Assembly: GCA_018648585.1 (NCBI GenBank)
Contig: JABGQW010000014.1
Location: 4,782 to 68,781 of the forward strand
DNA: 64,000 nt
Reading direction: 5' to 3'
Source of the DNA: a bacterium
GTDB taxonomy: Bacteria > Patescibacteriota > Gracilibacteria > UBA4473
The notes under the pieces are model-generated. The model was not told the DNA's origin. It did no database searches and saw only the letters and a program-made list of their open reading frames with translations. Shown here piece after piece: positions 8,767 through 18,546 of this stretch (its first letter is position 1; every line of letters begins with the position of its first letter). The position numbers and the translations under genes were made by a program.

Positions 8767-10152
8767 TCACGCTCGCACAAACTGCGCCACCGTCTCCACG
8801 TGCGCCGTGTGCGGGAACTGATCGACGAGTGCAAATTTTTCGAGACGAAATCCTGCCGCCATCAAAATTTTCGCATCGCGCGCCTGCGTCGATGGATTGC
8901 AGGAAACATAAATAATTTTTCCCGGAGCGCGCTCAATAATTCGTTCGAGTGATTTTGTTTCGATTCCCGCTCGCGGCGGATCCAAAACCATGACTTCGGT
9001 TCCGCGATTTGCTTTTCCCACGCACGAAAAATTGTGCGCTTTCAGCCATTTTCGCACATCCGCGCAGGCAAAAGTCACATTTTTAATTTCATTTTTTTCC
9101 GCATTTTTTTTCGCATCTTCCACTGCCGATTCGACAATTTCAACGCCGATCACACGAGAATTTGGGAAATTTTTTGCGACCATCTGCGCGATCGTCCCCG
9201 TCCCGCAGAAAAGATCCAGCACGGATTCCCCGGATTTCAAATCTAAAAATTGAACAACTTTTTTGTACAGCTCTGCGGCCGCCGCAGGATTTGGTTGAAA
9301 AAAGGAATCGCGTGAAATTTCAAATTCCAATCCGCCGAGAACTTCTCGCAATTTTGGCGATCCCAAAATCAACGTTGATTTTTGCTCGGTGTGGCGAGAA
9401 TCCGTTCGAATTTTTTGCGTGTGAAAAATTCCCCCGAACCGTTCGCCCATTTTTTTTGAAAGAAAATCTGCCAACAATTTTGGATCAAATTTCGCGTCGG
9501 TTCCCGCGGTGACAATTTCCACGAGAAATTTATTTTCGACACAAGATCGCCGCACCACCAGCGACTCAAAAAATCCCGCGCTTTTTTCATCGAGTGGCGG
9601 AAGTTTTGTTTTTTCACAAAATTTTCGAATCTCGGGAACAAGTTTTTCAAAAAATTCGTCGAACAATCCGCACGGTTTTTCGAGCGATTCAACGATTTGA
9701 AATTGTCCGCGTTTTTTCGATCCCAGCGCAAAATTTCCGTCGGCATCGATGCCGAACAAAAAATCCATTTTGTTTCGGTACCAAAATTCTTGCGGACTTT
9801 TTACAAATTCATCCCAGACCGTTTCGAGATCAAACTGAACAAATTTTTTGTACAAATCGACGGTCTGTTTTTTCTTGATTTCTCGCTGCATTTCCACGGG
9901 AATCGTAATCCACGGAGCGCCCGGCACGAGCTGCAAATCAGGAATTTTTTCAAATTTTGAACGGCTCAAAACTTCCACGGCGACCGCCTCGGCAAATCGT
10001 TTTTTCACTTTTTTTATTCTGGCGCGAACTCGCTGTCCGGTGATTCCCCCATCGACGAAAATCACAAAATCTTCCACTTTTGCGACGCCGCTCCCGCCGA
10101 ACGCGAGATCCACAATTTCCACATCGAGAACGGTTCCAGGTTCAATTTTCAT
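8767..10152 (-). CDS. rlmD: 23S rRNA (uracil-C5)-methyltransferase RlmD/RumA with TRAM domain
   Basis: LAFGGSGVA TRAM domain, YRNKMDF, SFFQPN, LDLFCGTGTI, LDPPRAG, YVSCNPSTQARD, VDQFPHTAHVE. Confidence 0.93.
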   Translation of the reverse strand: MKIEPGTVLDVEIVDLAFGGSGVAKVEDFVIFVDGGITGQRVRARIKKVKKRFAEAVAVEVLSRSKFEKIPDLQLVPGAPWITIPVEMQREIKKKQTVDLYKKFVQFDLETVWDEFVKSPQEFWYRNKMDFLFGIDADGNFALGSKKRGQFQIVESLEKPCGLFDEFFEKLVPEIRKFCEKTKLPPLDEKSAGFFESLVVRRSCVENKFLVEIVTAGTDAKFDPKLLADFLSKKMGERFGGIFHTQKIRTDSRHTEQKSTLILGSPKLREVLGGLEFEISRDSFFQPNPAAAAELYKKVVQFLDLKSGESVLDLFCGTGTIAQMVAKNFPNSRVIGVEIVESAVEDAKKNAEKNEIKNVTFACADVRKWLKAHNFSCVGKANRGTEVMVLDPPRAGIETKSLERIIERAPGKIIYVSCNPSTQARDAKILMAAGFRLEKFALVDQFPHTAHVETVAQFVRA

Positions 10153-10199
10153 CTGGAAAGAAAGTAGCTTTTTTTCGAAAATTTGCAAAAATGTCCGCG

Positions 10200-10994
10200 A
10201 TGAAATCTGAATTTTTAAAAGTCGCCGGAATGAAAACGCATTTTTTTCGTGCGGGATCCGGAGAAAAAATCGTGATTTTGCACGGCTGGGATCCGACGAT
10301 AAATTTGGAAAAAAGTTACGGCGCGCTCGTCGCGGAACTGGAGAAAAATTTCGAAGTTTTTGTCGTCGGGATGCCAGGATTTGGCGGTTCAGATTTTCCA
10401 GAAAAAACGGGTTGGACGACCGAAAAATACGCCGAGTGGCTCGAGAATTTTTTGGAAAAAATGGGCGAGAAAAATGCGCCCGTGGCGCTGTACGGACACT
10501 CGTTCGGCTGCCGCGTGATCGTGCGATTTTTGCGGAGAAATCCGAAATTCGCGGGAAAAATAATTTTGACGGGAGCCGCCGGAATCAAATGGAATCCCGA
10601 ACGCGGGCGCCAGAAACTTTTATTCGCGGTGAACCAAAAATTTCCCGGATTCAAAAAAATGTTTCGGAAATTTTGTCCGCAAAAATTGCGCCCGCTGATC
10701 GTGGGAAAACTTCTCGGAGCGCACGACTGGGCGATCGTCCCCGACGCGCTGGAACAGACTTTGAAAAAAACGCTCGCCGAACCAGATTTTCGAAATGAAC
10801 TGCCGAAAATTTCGCAGAAAATTCTGCTGATCTGGGGAGAAAATGACACAATCACGCCGACGAAATCCGCGCACGTTTTCGCCAAAAAATTGCCGCACGC
10901 CGAACTGGTAATTTTGCCCGAAGCGCGGCACGGGCTGCACCGCACACATTTTGAAAAAATTGTGCCGCTCGTGCGAAAATTTTTGGGAAAATGA
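10200..10994 (+). CDS. Alpha/beta hydrolase
   Basis: ILHGW, PGFGGS, GHSFG nucleophile elbow, WGENDTITP, ARHGLH. Confidence 0.92.
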   Translation: MKSEFLKVAGMKTHFFRAGSGEKIVILHGWDPTINLEKSYGALVAELEKNFEVFVVGMPGFGGSDFPEKTGWTTEKYAEWLENFLEKMGEKNAPVALYGHSFGCRVIVRFLRRNPKFAGKIILTGAAGIKWNPERGRQKLLFAVNQKFPGFKKMFRKFCPQKLRPLIVGKLLGAHDWAIVPDALEQTLKKTLAEPDFRNELPKISQKILLIWGENDTITPTKSAHVFAKKLPHAELVILPEARHGLHRTHFEKIVPLVRKFLGK

Positions 10995-12655
10995 AAAAAA
11001 TCTGCGCGGTTTCAAAAAAAGAATTTGAAATCTCGGCCGCAGATTTGGAATTTTACAAAAAAATGGACGTGCCGCCGCCCTCGCTCTGCCCGGAGGAACG
11101 GCAACGGAGACGAATTTCGTACCGGAATTTTCGAAGTTTGTACCGCCGAAAATGCGACGCCACGGGAAAAAATTTGATTTCGATGTACCACGAAAAACAG
11201 GAATTTCCTGTTTTTGAAAATTCGTACTGGTGGGGCGACGACTGGGACGCGAAAAGTTTCGGGCGCGATTTTGATTTTGAACGAAATTTTTTCGAACAGT
11301 ACGCAGCGCTGGCGAACGAAGTTCCGCGGATGGCGACGCTGAACGTGAATTCTGAAAATTGCACGTACTCAAATTTTTCGTGGCTGTCGAAAAATTGCTA
11401 CCTCGTTTTTGGCTGTGTGCGCGACGAGGACTGCCTGAACGGCCACATCGTCTGGGATTCGAAAAATTGCATCGACAATTTGTACATTTTTCGCTGCGAG
11501 TGGTGCTCCGAGTGCGTCGACTGCGTGGATTGCTACGACACGCATTTTTCGACGGAATGCACCACCTGCGCGGAAAGTTTTTTTTGCCACGACTGCCGCG
11601 GCTGCAAAAATTGTTTCGGCTGCACAAACCTGCGGCAAAAAGAATTTTGGTTTTTGAACGAAAAATGTTCGCGTGAAAAATATTTTGAAAAACTGCGCGC
11701 GATCCAGCCATTTTCGCGAGAAACAATTTCAAACGGAAAATTCTGGCTCGAAAAATCGAAAAAAGAATCGTGCATTTTTCCTCCATTTTTTGGCGTGAAA
11801 AACGAAAATGTTTCCGGAAATCACGTGTACGAATCGAAAGATTGTCACGACTGTTTTGACGTGAAACAGTGCGAGGACTCGAAATTTTTGTACACGGCGC
11901 ACGGCGAAAAAAATTGCCGCGACATTTCGTTCACCGGCGCAACCTCGGATTTTTGCCTCGAATGTTTGGCGATCGGCGACGCCAATAATTTGCGATTTTG
12001 CCACGCGACCAACAACAGCTCCAACCTGACGTACTGCGAGTTTTGCTACAATTGTAAAAATTGTTTCGGCTGCAACGGACTGCGAAATGCCGAATTCTGC
12101 ATTTTGAACAAACAATTTTCAAAATCCGAGTACGAAACCTTGAGCACAAAAATTATTCAGAAAATGCGAAAGACTGCAGAGTGGGGCGAATTCTTCCCGA
12201 TGAAAAACTCTCCGTTCGCGTACAACGAAGCGATCGTGCAAGAATATTTGCCACTGAAAAAAGAAGAAATTCTGGCGCTCGAATTGCGCTGGCACGATAC
12301 GCCGCCTCGGACGGAAAAGTCCTCCTTTTTAAAGGAGGATTTAGGAGAATTTAAAATTCCTGAAAAAATGGAAAATATCGGCGACGAGATTTTGGAACAA
12401 ATTTTGAGCTGCGAAACCTGCGAAAACAATTTCAAAATTCAGTCGGCGGAACTCAAATTTCATCGAAAAATAAATCTCCCGCTGCCAACAATTTGTCCAG
12501 ACTGCCGACATTCCGAGCGAATGAAATTGCGAAATCCTCGAACACTTTTTTTGCGCGAGTGCAAAAATTGTGCACAAAAAATCAAAACGTCATTTTCGCC
12601 AAATCGCACGGAGAAAGTTTTGTGCGAAAAATGTTACCTGAAAAAAATCAACTGA
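10991..12655 (+). CDS. CPR-type Cys-rich protein with terminal zinc-ribbon-like repeats and a central Cys repeat region
   Basis: N- and C-terminal CPxxRxxRRxxxRNxRxL repeats, many CxxC/NCFGC motifs and WGEFFP; recognised from memory as a family often multicopy in Patescibacteria. Confidence 0.85.
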   Translation: MKKICAVSKKEFEISAADLEFYKKMDVPPPSLCPEERQRRRISYRNFRSLYRRKCDATGKNLISMYHEKQEFPVFENSYWWGDDWDAKSFGRDFDFERNFFEQYAALANEVPRMATLNVNSENCTYSNFSWLSKNCYLVFGCVRDEDCLNGHIVWDSKNCIDNLYIFRCEWCSECVDCVDCYDTHFSTECTTCAESFFCHDCRGCKNCFGCTNLRQKEFWFLNEKCSREKYFEKLRAIQPFSRETISNGKFWLEKSKKESCIFPPFFGVKNENVSGNHVYESKDCHDCFDVKQCEDSKFLYTAHGEKNCRDISFTGATSDFCLECLAIGDANNLRFCHATNNSSNLTYCEFCYNCKNCFGCNGLRNAEFCILNKQFSKSEYETLSTKIIQKMRKTAEWGEFFPMKNSPFAYNEAIVQEYLPLKKEEILALELRWHDTPPRTEKSSFLKEDLGEFKIPEKMENIGDEILEQILSCETCENNFKIQSAELKFHRKINLPLPTICPDCRHSERMKLRNPRTLFLRECKNCAQKIKTSFSPNRTEKVLCEKCYLKKIN

Positions 12656-12716
12656 TCGGATTTTGAATTTTTTTCAACACTTCCCAAATCGTCGCAAATC
12701 AGTACAATCGCGGCGA

Positions 12717-14201
12717 ATGACCTGGCAACTCCCCGCCTCCGGAATTCTGATTTTGCTCGGACTGCGCTCGGCGAGCTGGTGGGCAATGTGTTGGCAACTC
12801 CGCGAGTACCGCACCGATCGAATTCTCGCGTGGTTTCGAACACACGACGGACGAAAAAATTTGTGGAATTTTTGGTTTTTTCGCGGGATTTTTCCACGTC
12901 CAAAAATTTCTGCGCGCACGATTTTAATCGCCGGAATTTTTGGAATTCTTTCGATCACTTTTTTTGTTCTCGTTCAAAATTTTGTTTCAATTTTTTGGAC
13001 AACTCTGATTTGGAATTTCACGCTGTGGATTTTTATTTTTTTCACGGTAAAAATTTCGGCAATTCCTGTTTTTTTCAAAAAACGAAAACTGTTTTTCGCA
13101 GCAGAAAAAATCGTTGAAAAATCGCCCGTGGTGCGGATCGGGATCACCGGGAGTTTTGGAAAAAGTTCGACAAAAACAATTCTCGCGCACCTGCTGCGAG
13201 AAAAATTTGGCGCGGAAAATGTGCTCACAAATCCCGGCAACGAAAACAACGAAATCGCGATCGCGCGACTGGTTTTGAAAAATAAAAAGTTTTTTTCTCC
13301 CCCTTTTTTAAAGGGGGAACGAGGGGGATTTCAAAAGTTTTTTGTCTGCGAAATCGGCGCGTACAAAAAAGGAGAAATTCAAAAAGTGTGCGAATTTTTG
13401 AAACCGCAGCTCGCAATTTTGACGGGATTGAACGCGCAGCACGTCGAACTTTTTGGAAGTGCAGAAAAAATCCGTGCGGCGAAATTTGAGCTCGCGGAGG
13501 CCGCGACAGAAAAAGTTTTTTTTAACGCGGACACGCCCGCGCTCGTGGAAATTTTCGAAGACAAAAAAATCGCCGCCGCGCCGATCGGACTCGCGCGCAG
13601 CGTTTTGAAAAATGTGCAAGCCGAAACTGATCGCACAAATTTTGAAGTTTTTGGAGAAAAATTCGAGTTGCCGTGGACGGGTGAATTTTTTGCGGGGAAC
13701 GCGCTGCTGGCGCTCGAAACCGCCCGAGAACTCGGCTGCAACCCGAGTGAACTTTCAAAGTTTTTGAAAAAAATCCCACCGCTGAAACGCGCGCTGCACG
13801 CGCGAAAACTAGAATCCGGCGCGACAATTTTGCTCGATCCGTACTCCGCAAATCCCGACGGCGTCCGCGGCGCGATCGCACATTTGGCGAAATTTTCCGG
13901 GCGAAAAATTTTTGTCGGAATTCCGCTCCGGGAACTGGGGAAAAATGCAGAAAAAGAACACGAGAAAATTTTTGAAAATCTGAAAAAAATCGGCGCCGAA
14001 GTCTGGTGGCTCAAATCTGATTTTGCGAAACTCGGGAAAGAAATTCTTGAAAAGAATTTCCACACCGATCAAAAATTGCTGCCAAAAAATCTGAAAAAAA
14101 ATGACGCGGTGCTGCTCGAGTCGCGATTGCCGCGGGAGATTGAAAAAAAAATTACTTCTTGCTCATCTCGTAAAAAGGCAGTGGAAAATCCCCTGATTTA
14201 A
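12717..14201 (+). CDS. murF: UDP-MurNAc-tripeptide:D-Ala-D-Ala ligase (MurF-like) with N-terminal transmembrane region
   Basis: IGITGSFGKSSTK, NNEIAIA, CEIGAY, QHVELFGS, DPYSANPDG, ELG motifs. Confidence 0.85.
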   Translation: MTWQLPASGILILLGLRSASWWAMCWQLREYRTDRILAWFRTHDGRKNLWNFWFFRGIFPRPKISARTILIAGIFGILSITFFVLVQNFVSIFWTTLIWNFTLWIFIFFTVKISAIPVFFKKRKLFFAAEKIVEKSPVVRIGITGSFGKSSTKTILAHLLREKFGAENVLTNPGNENNEIAIARLVLKNKKFFSPPFLKGERGGFQKFFVCEIGAYKKGEIQKVCEFLKPQLAILTGLNAQHVELFGSAEKIRAAKFELAEAATEKVFFNADTPALVEIFEDKKIAAAPIGLARSVLKNVQAETDRTNFEVFGEKFELPWTGEFFAGNALLALETARELGCNPSELSKFLKKIPPLKRALHARKLESGATILLDPYSANPDGVRGAIAHLAKFSGRKIFVGIPLRELGKNAEKEHEKIFENLKKIGAEVWWLKSDFAKLGKEILEKNFHTDQKLLPKNLKKNDAVLLESRLPREIEKKITSCSSRKKAVENPLI

Positions 14202-14832
14202 AATTCACAGAATTCCCCTGCATCAAAACAGCTTTCACGTCATCGGAAACAAAACCCAAATTTGATCGCCCAACAACTTCACCCGAAAAACCAGTTCCTG
14301 TTTTTTGTAAAATTCCAAGTTCGTTTCCACGATCAATCAATGGCATAAATTCCGGTTCGTAATTTATCGATTGAATTTTTTCTATCCGCTGCTGCAAAAG
14401 CGAAAGCAAAAACAAACTCATTCCAGCGCCTTTCCCCGTTTTTTTCGCATCCAAACTCCTGTCTTTTCCAAACGGATAAAATTCCAAATTCACATTCCCA
14501 TTCGCTTCAAAATACGTTTCACAAAACCCCGCAGCACCCTTCTCCCAACTAAAATTGATTTGCTCTATTTTTTCAAGTTCATCACCCATTCCTGCTATCT
14601 GCATCATTTCCTGTGTTTGTGAAACAAATTTTATTTTTAAATTTTCACGTTCCACCGTTTGAAAAACTTTTCGAAGATAATGGAGCATCACCGCAAAAAT
14701 TTGTTTTTCAGTACCCGAAAGTGTTTCAAAATACTGCGAAATCTGCTGCGCCTGTTCTGGCAAATAAGTTGTTTCAAGATTTTCCGGATAATTTTCCAGC
14801 ATTGCATCGCCAGGAATTCTTTCGGTAGACAT
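14152..14832 (-). CDS. Hypothetical orphan protein
   Basis: 226 aa ORF with AT-shifted codon usage; TTGACT-17-TAAAAA upstream; 3' end overlaps murF. Confidence 0.7.
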   Translation of the reverse strand: MSTERIPGDAMLENYPENLETTYLPEQAQQISQYFETLSGTEKQIFAVMLHYLRKVFQTVERENLKIKFVSQTQEMMQIAGMGDELEKIEQINFSWEKGAAGFCETYFEANGNVNLEFYPFGKDRSLDAKKTGKGAGMSLFLLSLLQQRIEKIQSINYEPEFMPLIDRGNELGILQKTGTGFSGEVVGRSNLGFVSDDVKAVLMQGNSVNFKSGDFPLPFYEMSKK

Positions 14833-14940
14833 CGTTATTTTTTATAAAACAAGGAGTTTTTAGGATATTCAAGACGAGAAGTCAACTACTAGAACAAGTG
14901 AGATTTCTCAACAAAAACAAACCTGCTACAATCTCTCCGC

Positions 14941-16113
14941 ATGAAACTCGTCTCAAATCAAATTTCTCCAAACTTTTCGTTCGCGGACGCGCTGCACGCG
15001 GCGTGGCAAATTTTTGGCGGAAAAGTTGTGAAAAAAAACGAGTTTGAACAAATTTTTTACACAGAAAAATTTCAGCTCGTCTCGGCAGCTCGCACCGCGC
15101 TCGGACTGATCGCGGAAGATTTGAAAAAAAGGAACGCGCGAAAAAAAATCGGAATTCCTGCGTTTTGCTGCGCGGTGATGGCGACGCCGTTTTTGGAAAA
15201 AAATTTCGAAATCGAGTGGATCGACACCGACGAATTTGGAGTCATTTCGGTCGCAGATTTTGAAAAAAAATCGGACGCGCTCGCCGCGATTTTGATCCCG
15301 CACATTTTTGGGCAACGCGCTCCCGTCGCGGAAATTGTAAAAATTGCTCGCGCGAAAAAGATTGTCACAATCGAGGATGCCGCGCATTTTTTTGAAAAAA
15401 AGTGTGAAAAAACGGATTTCAAAATTCTGAGTTTTGGGCGCGAAAAAGATGTTAGTTGCATTTCCGGCGGCGCGCTGCTGTGGAGTGATTCCCTCGATTC
15501 TCAAACCGCAACAAAACTTGAAAACTTGAACCTGCGGCTCCCGACGAAAAGCTGGACGGCGAAACATTTACTGCAGCCGCTAGTTTTTTCGCTGTCTCTC
15601 CCGTGGTGGAATTTTGGCGGGAAAGTTGTCGCCGCTGCGTGCGGAAAAGCTTTTCTCCCGCGAGCCGTGACTGCTGCGGAAAAATCTGGACACGAGGATT
15701 TTTTTGCGGGAAAAATGCCCGCAGCGATTCAACGCGTTTTGCGGAAAAGTTTTGAAAATCACGATCACGATCTCGCGCATCGAAAAAAAATTGCCGCCGC
15801 GTGGCGCACCGAACTTTTGAAAAATTTTCCGGAGGCGAAAATTGTCGTGCCGCCGAATTTTTTGCGCGTGATTTTGATCGGCGTCGATCGCGCGGAAATT
15901 TTGAAAAAATCACGAAAAATCGGATTTCACCTCGCGGACTGGGACGGTTCCCCGATCGCACCCGCTGGCGTAAATTTGGGAAATTTTGGGTACAAAAAAA
16001 ACCAGTGTCCCGGCGCAGAAAATTTTGCGAAAAAATACGTGACATTTCCGACGAACCGGCGAACAAATTTGTCGGACGTGAAAAAATTTGCGAAACTTTT
16101 CGGGAAAAAATGA
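14941..16113 (+). CDS. DegT/DnrJ/EryC1/StrS family PLP aminotransferase
   Basis: SAARTAL, PAFCCAV, HIFG, IEDAAH, SFGREKDVSCISGGAL, C-terminal CPGAE...VTFPT. Confidence 0.88.
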   Translation: MKLVSNQISPNFSFADALHAAWQIFGGKVVKKNEFEQIFYTEKFQLVSAARTALGLIAEDLKKRNARKKIGIPAFCCAVMATPFLEKNFEIEWIDTDEFGVISVADFEKKSDALAAILIPHIFGQRAPVAEIVKIARAKKIVTIEDAAHFFEKKCEKTDFKILSFGREKDVSCISGGALLWSDSLDSQTATKLENLNLRLPTKSWTAKHLLQPLVFSLSLPWWNFGGKVVAAACGKAFLPRAVTAAEKSGHEDFFAGKMPAAIQRVLRKSFENHDHDLAHRKKIAAAWRTELLKNFPEAKIVVPPNFLRVILIGVDRAEILKKSRKIGFHLADWDGSPIAPAGVNLGNFGYKKNQCPGAENFAKKYVTFPTNRRTNLSDVKKFAKLFGKK

Positions 16114-17135
16114 AATTTGAAAAAATCAGCGCCGCGCAGCTCGACGAATTTGTGAAAAAAATCGACGGACCACGAACCTTTTTGCAGGGATCGAAAAATG
16201 GAAATTTTCGCGAAAAACTCGGCGAACAAAATTTCCGAGTCGGAATTTTCGATGGAGAAAAACTCGTCGCTGTCTCGCAGTTTCAAAAAATCACGGCTCG
16301 CCGCGGAACATTTTTGCACGTGGCGCACGGCCCGCTGATTTCGTGCTCTCCCCCCGTGCGGGGGGAGCCGGAGGGGGGATTTGAGAAAACTCTGAAATTT
16401 TTTCTCGCAGAAATTAAAAAATTCGCGCGCGCGGAAAAATGCGATTTTGTGCGAATTTCACCGCTGGTCGAAGAAAAGTTTGGACACATTTTTTGTTCGG
16501 AAAAATTTCGCGCCGCACCGCTGCACGTCAATCCCGATCAAACGTGGATTTTGGATTTGACGCCACCCGAGGACGAAATTTTGAAAAATATGCGAAAATC
16601 CACGCGGTACGAAATCCGCCGGATTGAAAAAGTTGGGATCAAGATTTTTTCTGGAAACGAAAAAAAAGATTTGAAAATTTTCTGGGATTTGCACTCCGAA
16701 ACCGCCGCGCGGCAAAAATTCACGCCATTTTCAAAAAAAGCAACCGAACTCGAACTCGAAATTTTTGGCGACGACTGCCAGATTTTTTCCGCAAAAATCG
16801 AGGAGAAATTTTTCGCCAGCTCAGTGATTTTGTTCGACGATCATGCTGCGTACTACCACCAGGGCGCGTCAATTTTCTCAAAATTGCCCGCAGCGCACGC
16901 GACGATTTGGGCGGCGATTTTGGAAGCGAAAAAGCGCGGCTGCCGCGAATTTAATTTTTGGGGCGTGGCTCCCGCGGATAATTTGAAACATCCGTGGACC
17001 GGACTTTCGCGATTCAAACGCGGTTTTGGCGGTGCGGAGGAAAAATTTCTTCCCGCGCAAGATTTTCCGATCACGAAAAAATATTGGCTCAATTTTGCCG
17101 TGGAAAAATTTCGAAAATGGAAACGAAATTATTAA
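16110..17135 (+). CDS. FemABX family peptidoglycan bridge aminoacyl transferase
   Basis: TFLQ, HGPLI, TWILDL...ILKNMRKSTRYEIR, YYHQGAS, FNFWG, GLSRFKRGFGG. Confidence 0.92.
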   Translation: MKFEKISAAQLDEFVKKIDGPRTFLQGSKNGNFREKLGEQNFRVGIFDGEKLVAVSQFQKITARRGTFLHVAHGPLISCSPPVRGEPEGGFEKTLKFFLAEIKKFARAEKCDFVRISPLVEEKFGHIFCSEKFRAAPLHVNPDQTWILDLTPPEDEILKNMRKSTRYEIRRIEKVGIKIFSGNEKKDLKIFWDLHSETAARQKFTPFSKKATELELEIFGDDCQIFSAKIEEKFFASSVILFDDHAAYYHQGASIFSKLPAAHATIWAAILEAKKRGCREFNFWGVAPADNLKHPWTGLSRFKRGFGGAEEKFLPAQDFPITKKYWLNFAVEKFRKWKRNY

Positions 17136-17455
17136 GTGACTGGCTCCAATTTTTTTTCAAAAAGATCTTTCCCAAATAATGTTGCCCATGTTTCCAACTC
17201 CGGCAACGCCACCATTATTTTTGCGCAGCACAAACACTTTTCAACTTGATTTTGAATTCCACCTTGAATAATTTCAGCCATCTCATCTTTTTCGATACAT
17301 GGCTCTGTATTTATTTTTTGAGAAATATTCAAACAATCAGACAAACAGCTCCGCGCGTCCGGACAGCCAGCTTTTGTTCCTTTTTCGCACGCAGGAATAT
17401 TTTTTTCAACTGCAGACAACACCTGCTGAAACGAAACTACCATTTTTTCTTCCAT
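17132..17455 (-). CDS. Hypothetical Cys-rich orphan protein
   Basis: 107 aa ORF, AT-rich, TTGACA-17-TAAAAA upstream. Confidence 0.6.
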   Translation of the reverse strand: MEEKMVVSFQQVLSAVEKNIPACEKGTKAGCPDARSCLSDCLNISQKINTEPCIEKDEMAEIIQGGIQNQVEKCLCCAKIMVALPELETWATLFGKDLFEKKLEPVT

Positions 17456-17535
17456 TTTTCAAAAAAAAACAAATCTCAAAATATTTTTTAAATCATTTTT
17501 TAAAATTTGTCAACTCTTTTTCCAAAATCAGAACA

Positions 17536-17850
17536 TCATCCGCCCAAAAGCTGTTCCAATATTTTCATCGCCTCCGGATCGGACGACTGCAACAAGTTTC
17601 CCGGATTTAATCCTTCGAGAATCGCGTCGAACATCGCCGGCAAAAACAGCAGCGGCACAACGAAAATCAGGATCAACAAAATCCATTTCGCAACATTCCA
17701 GAGTTTTTTCGTTTTTTCAATTTTCAAAAGTTGCTGATTTTGTTCGAAAATCAGTTTTTGATCCGCGGAAATCTCGGTCAACAGTTCCAAAATTTTCTGA
17801 TTTTCTGGCGATAAATTCTGCGCTGAAACCGATTCGGTGAAGTTTTCCAT
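17536..17850 (-). CDS. Small single-pass membrane protein
   Basis: Coiled coil followed by WILLILIFVVPLLFLP transmembrane helix; ATG 7 nt after TGtCACAAT. Confidence 0.7.
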   Translation of the reverse strand: MENFTESVSAQNLSPENQKILELLTEISADQKLIFEQNQQLLKIEKTKKLWNVAKWILLILIFVVPLLFLPAMFDAILEGLNPGNLLQSSDPEAMKILEQLLGG

Positions 17851-17921
17851 CGAGGAAATTGTGACATCGTTGAAAATTTTTTTCAAATCCGTACACTCGC
17901 CGCGCAGTAATTTTTGAAAAA

Positions 17922-18224
17922 ATGGCAAAAGTCACGATCAAAGACAACGGCGGAAATGTTGTCGCGCAGTTTGATTCAAACTCCGAAGAAAATGTCGCAG
18001 CACAGGGACAAGCCGCCGGCGTCCCAATTCCCGTCGCCTGCGGAGTCGGCGCCTGCAGAATGTGTGTCGGAAAATGCGAAAAAGGCGCAGAGCACATCGA
18101 CCGCGAAGCACACGGCGAAGTGCACATTGGCCTCGAGGACGACGAAGTTTTGACCTGCATTGCCGGCGTAAAATCCGATGCGCCAGCAAATGCCGAAATC
18201 GAAATTGAGCTGGAAAATCTGTAA
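17922..18224 (+). CDS. 2Fe-2S ferredoxin
   Basis: IPVACGVGACRMC...VLTCIA plant/ISC-type 2Fe-2S motif. Confidence 0.9.
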   Translation: MAKVTIKDNGGNVVAQFDSNSEENVAAQGQAAGVPIPVACGVGACRMCVGKCEKGAEHIDREAHGEVHIGLEDDEVLTCIAGVKSDAPANAEIEIELENL

Positions 18225-18280
18225 AGTTTGACAAAACCGTGGTTGTCACTAAAATTCACGCGAAAATAATTTTTTGAAAA

Positions 18281-18490
18281 ATGGCACGCGCAACAAAAAA
18301 ACGACACTTTTTCGCCCTCTGGTGCACCGAGTGCAAAGAACGCGACGACAAACGCCGCGAAAATTATAAAATTCTGATCAACATCCAAAATCAGAATCCA
18401 AAAGAATTTGAACTCAATAAATTTTGTCCGTTTTGCCGAAAACACACGACGCACAAAACAAAACAAATTTCACGCGCACAAAACAAGTAG
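18281..18490 (+). CDS. rpmG: 50S ribosomal protein L33 (zinc-binding form)
   Basis: LWCTEC...NY...[16 protein letters not shown]. Confidence 0.92.
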   Translation: MARATKKRHFFALWCTECKERDDKRRENYKILINIQNQNPKEFELNKFCPFCRKHTTHKTKQISRAQNK

Positions 18491-18546
18491 TTTTTCTGCG
18501 AGGAAAAAAGTTGCAGACAAGCACAGGATGTGCCAAAATTTTCGCG

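Noticed and set aside
8993-9032. Possible repeat insertion in RlmD (FSCVGKANRGT)
   Set aside because: The loop looks slightly long, but no clear palindrome or second copy was found in the window
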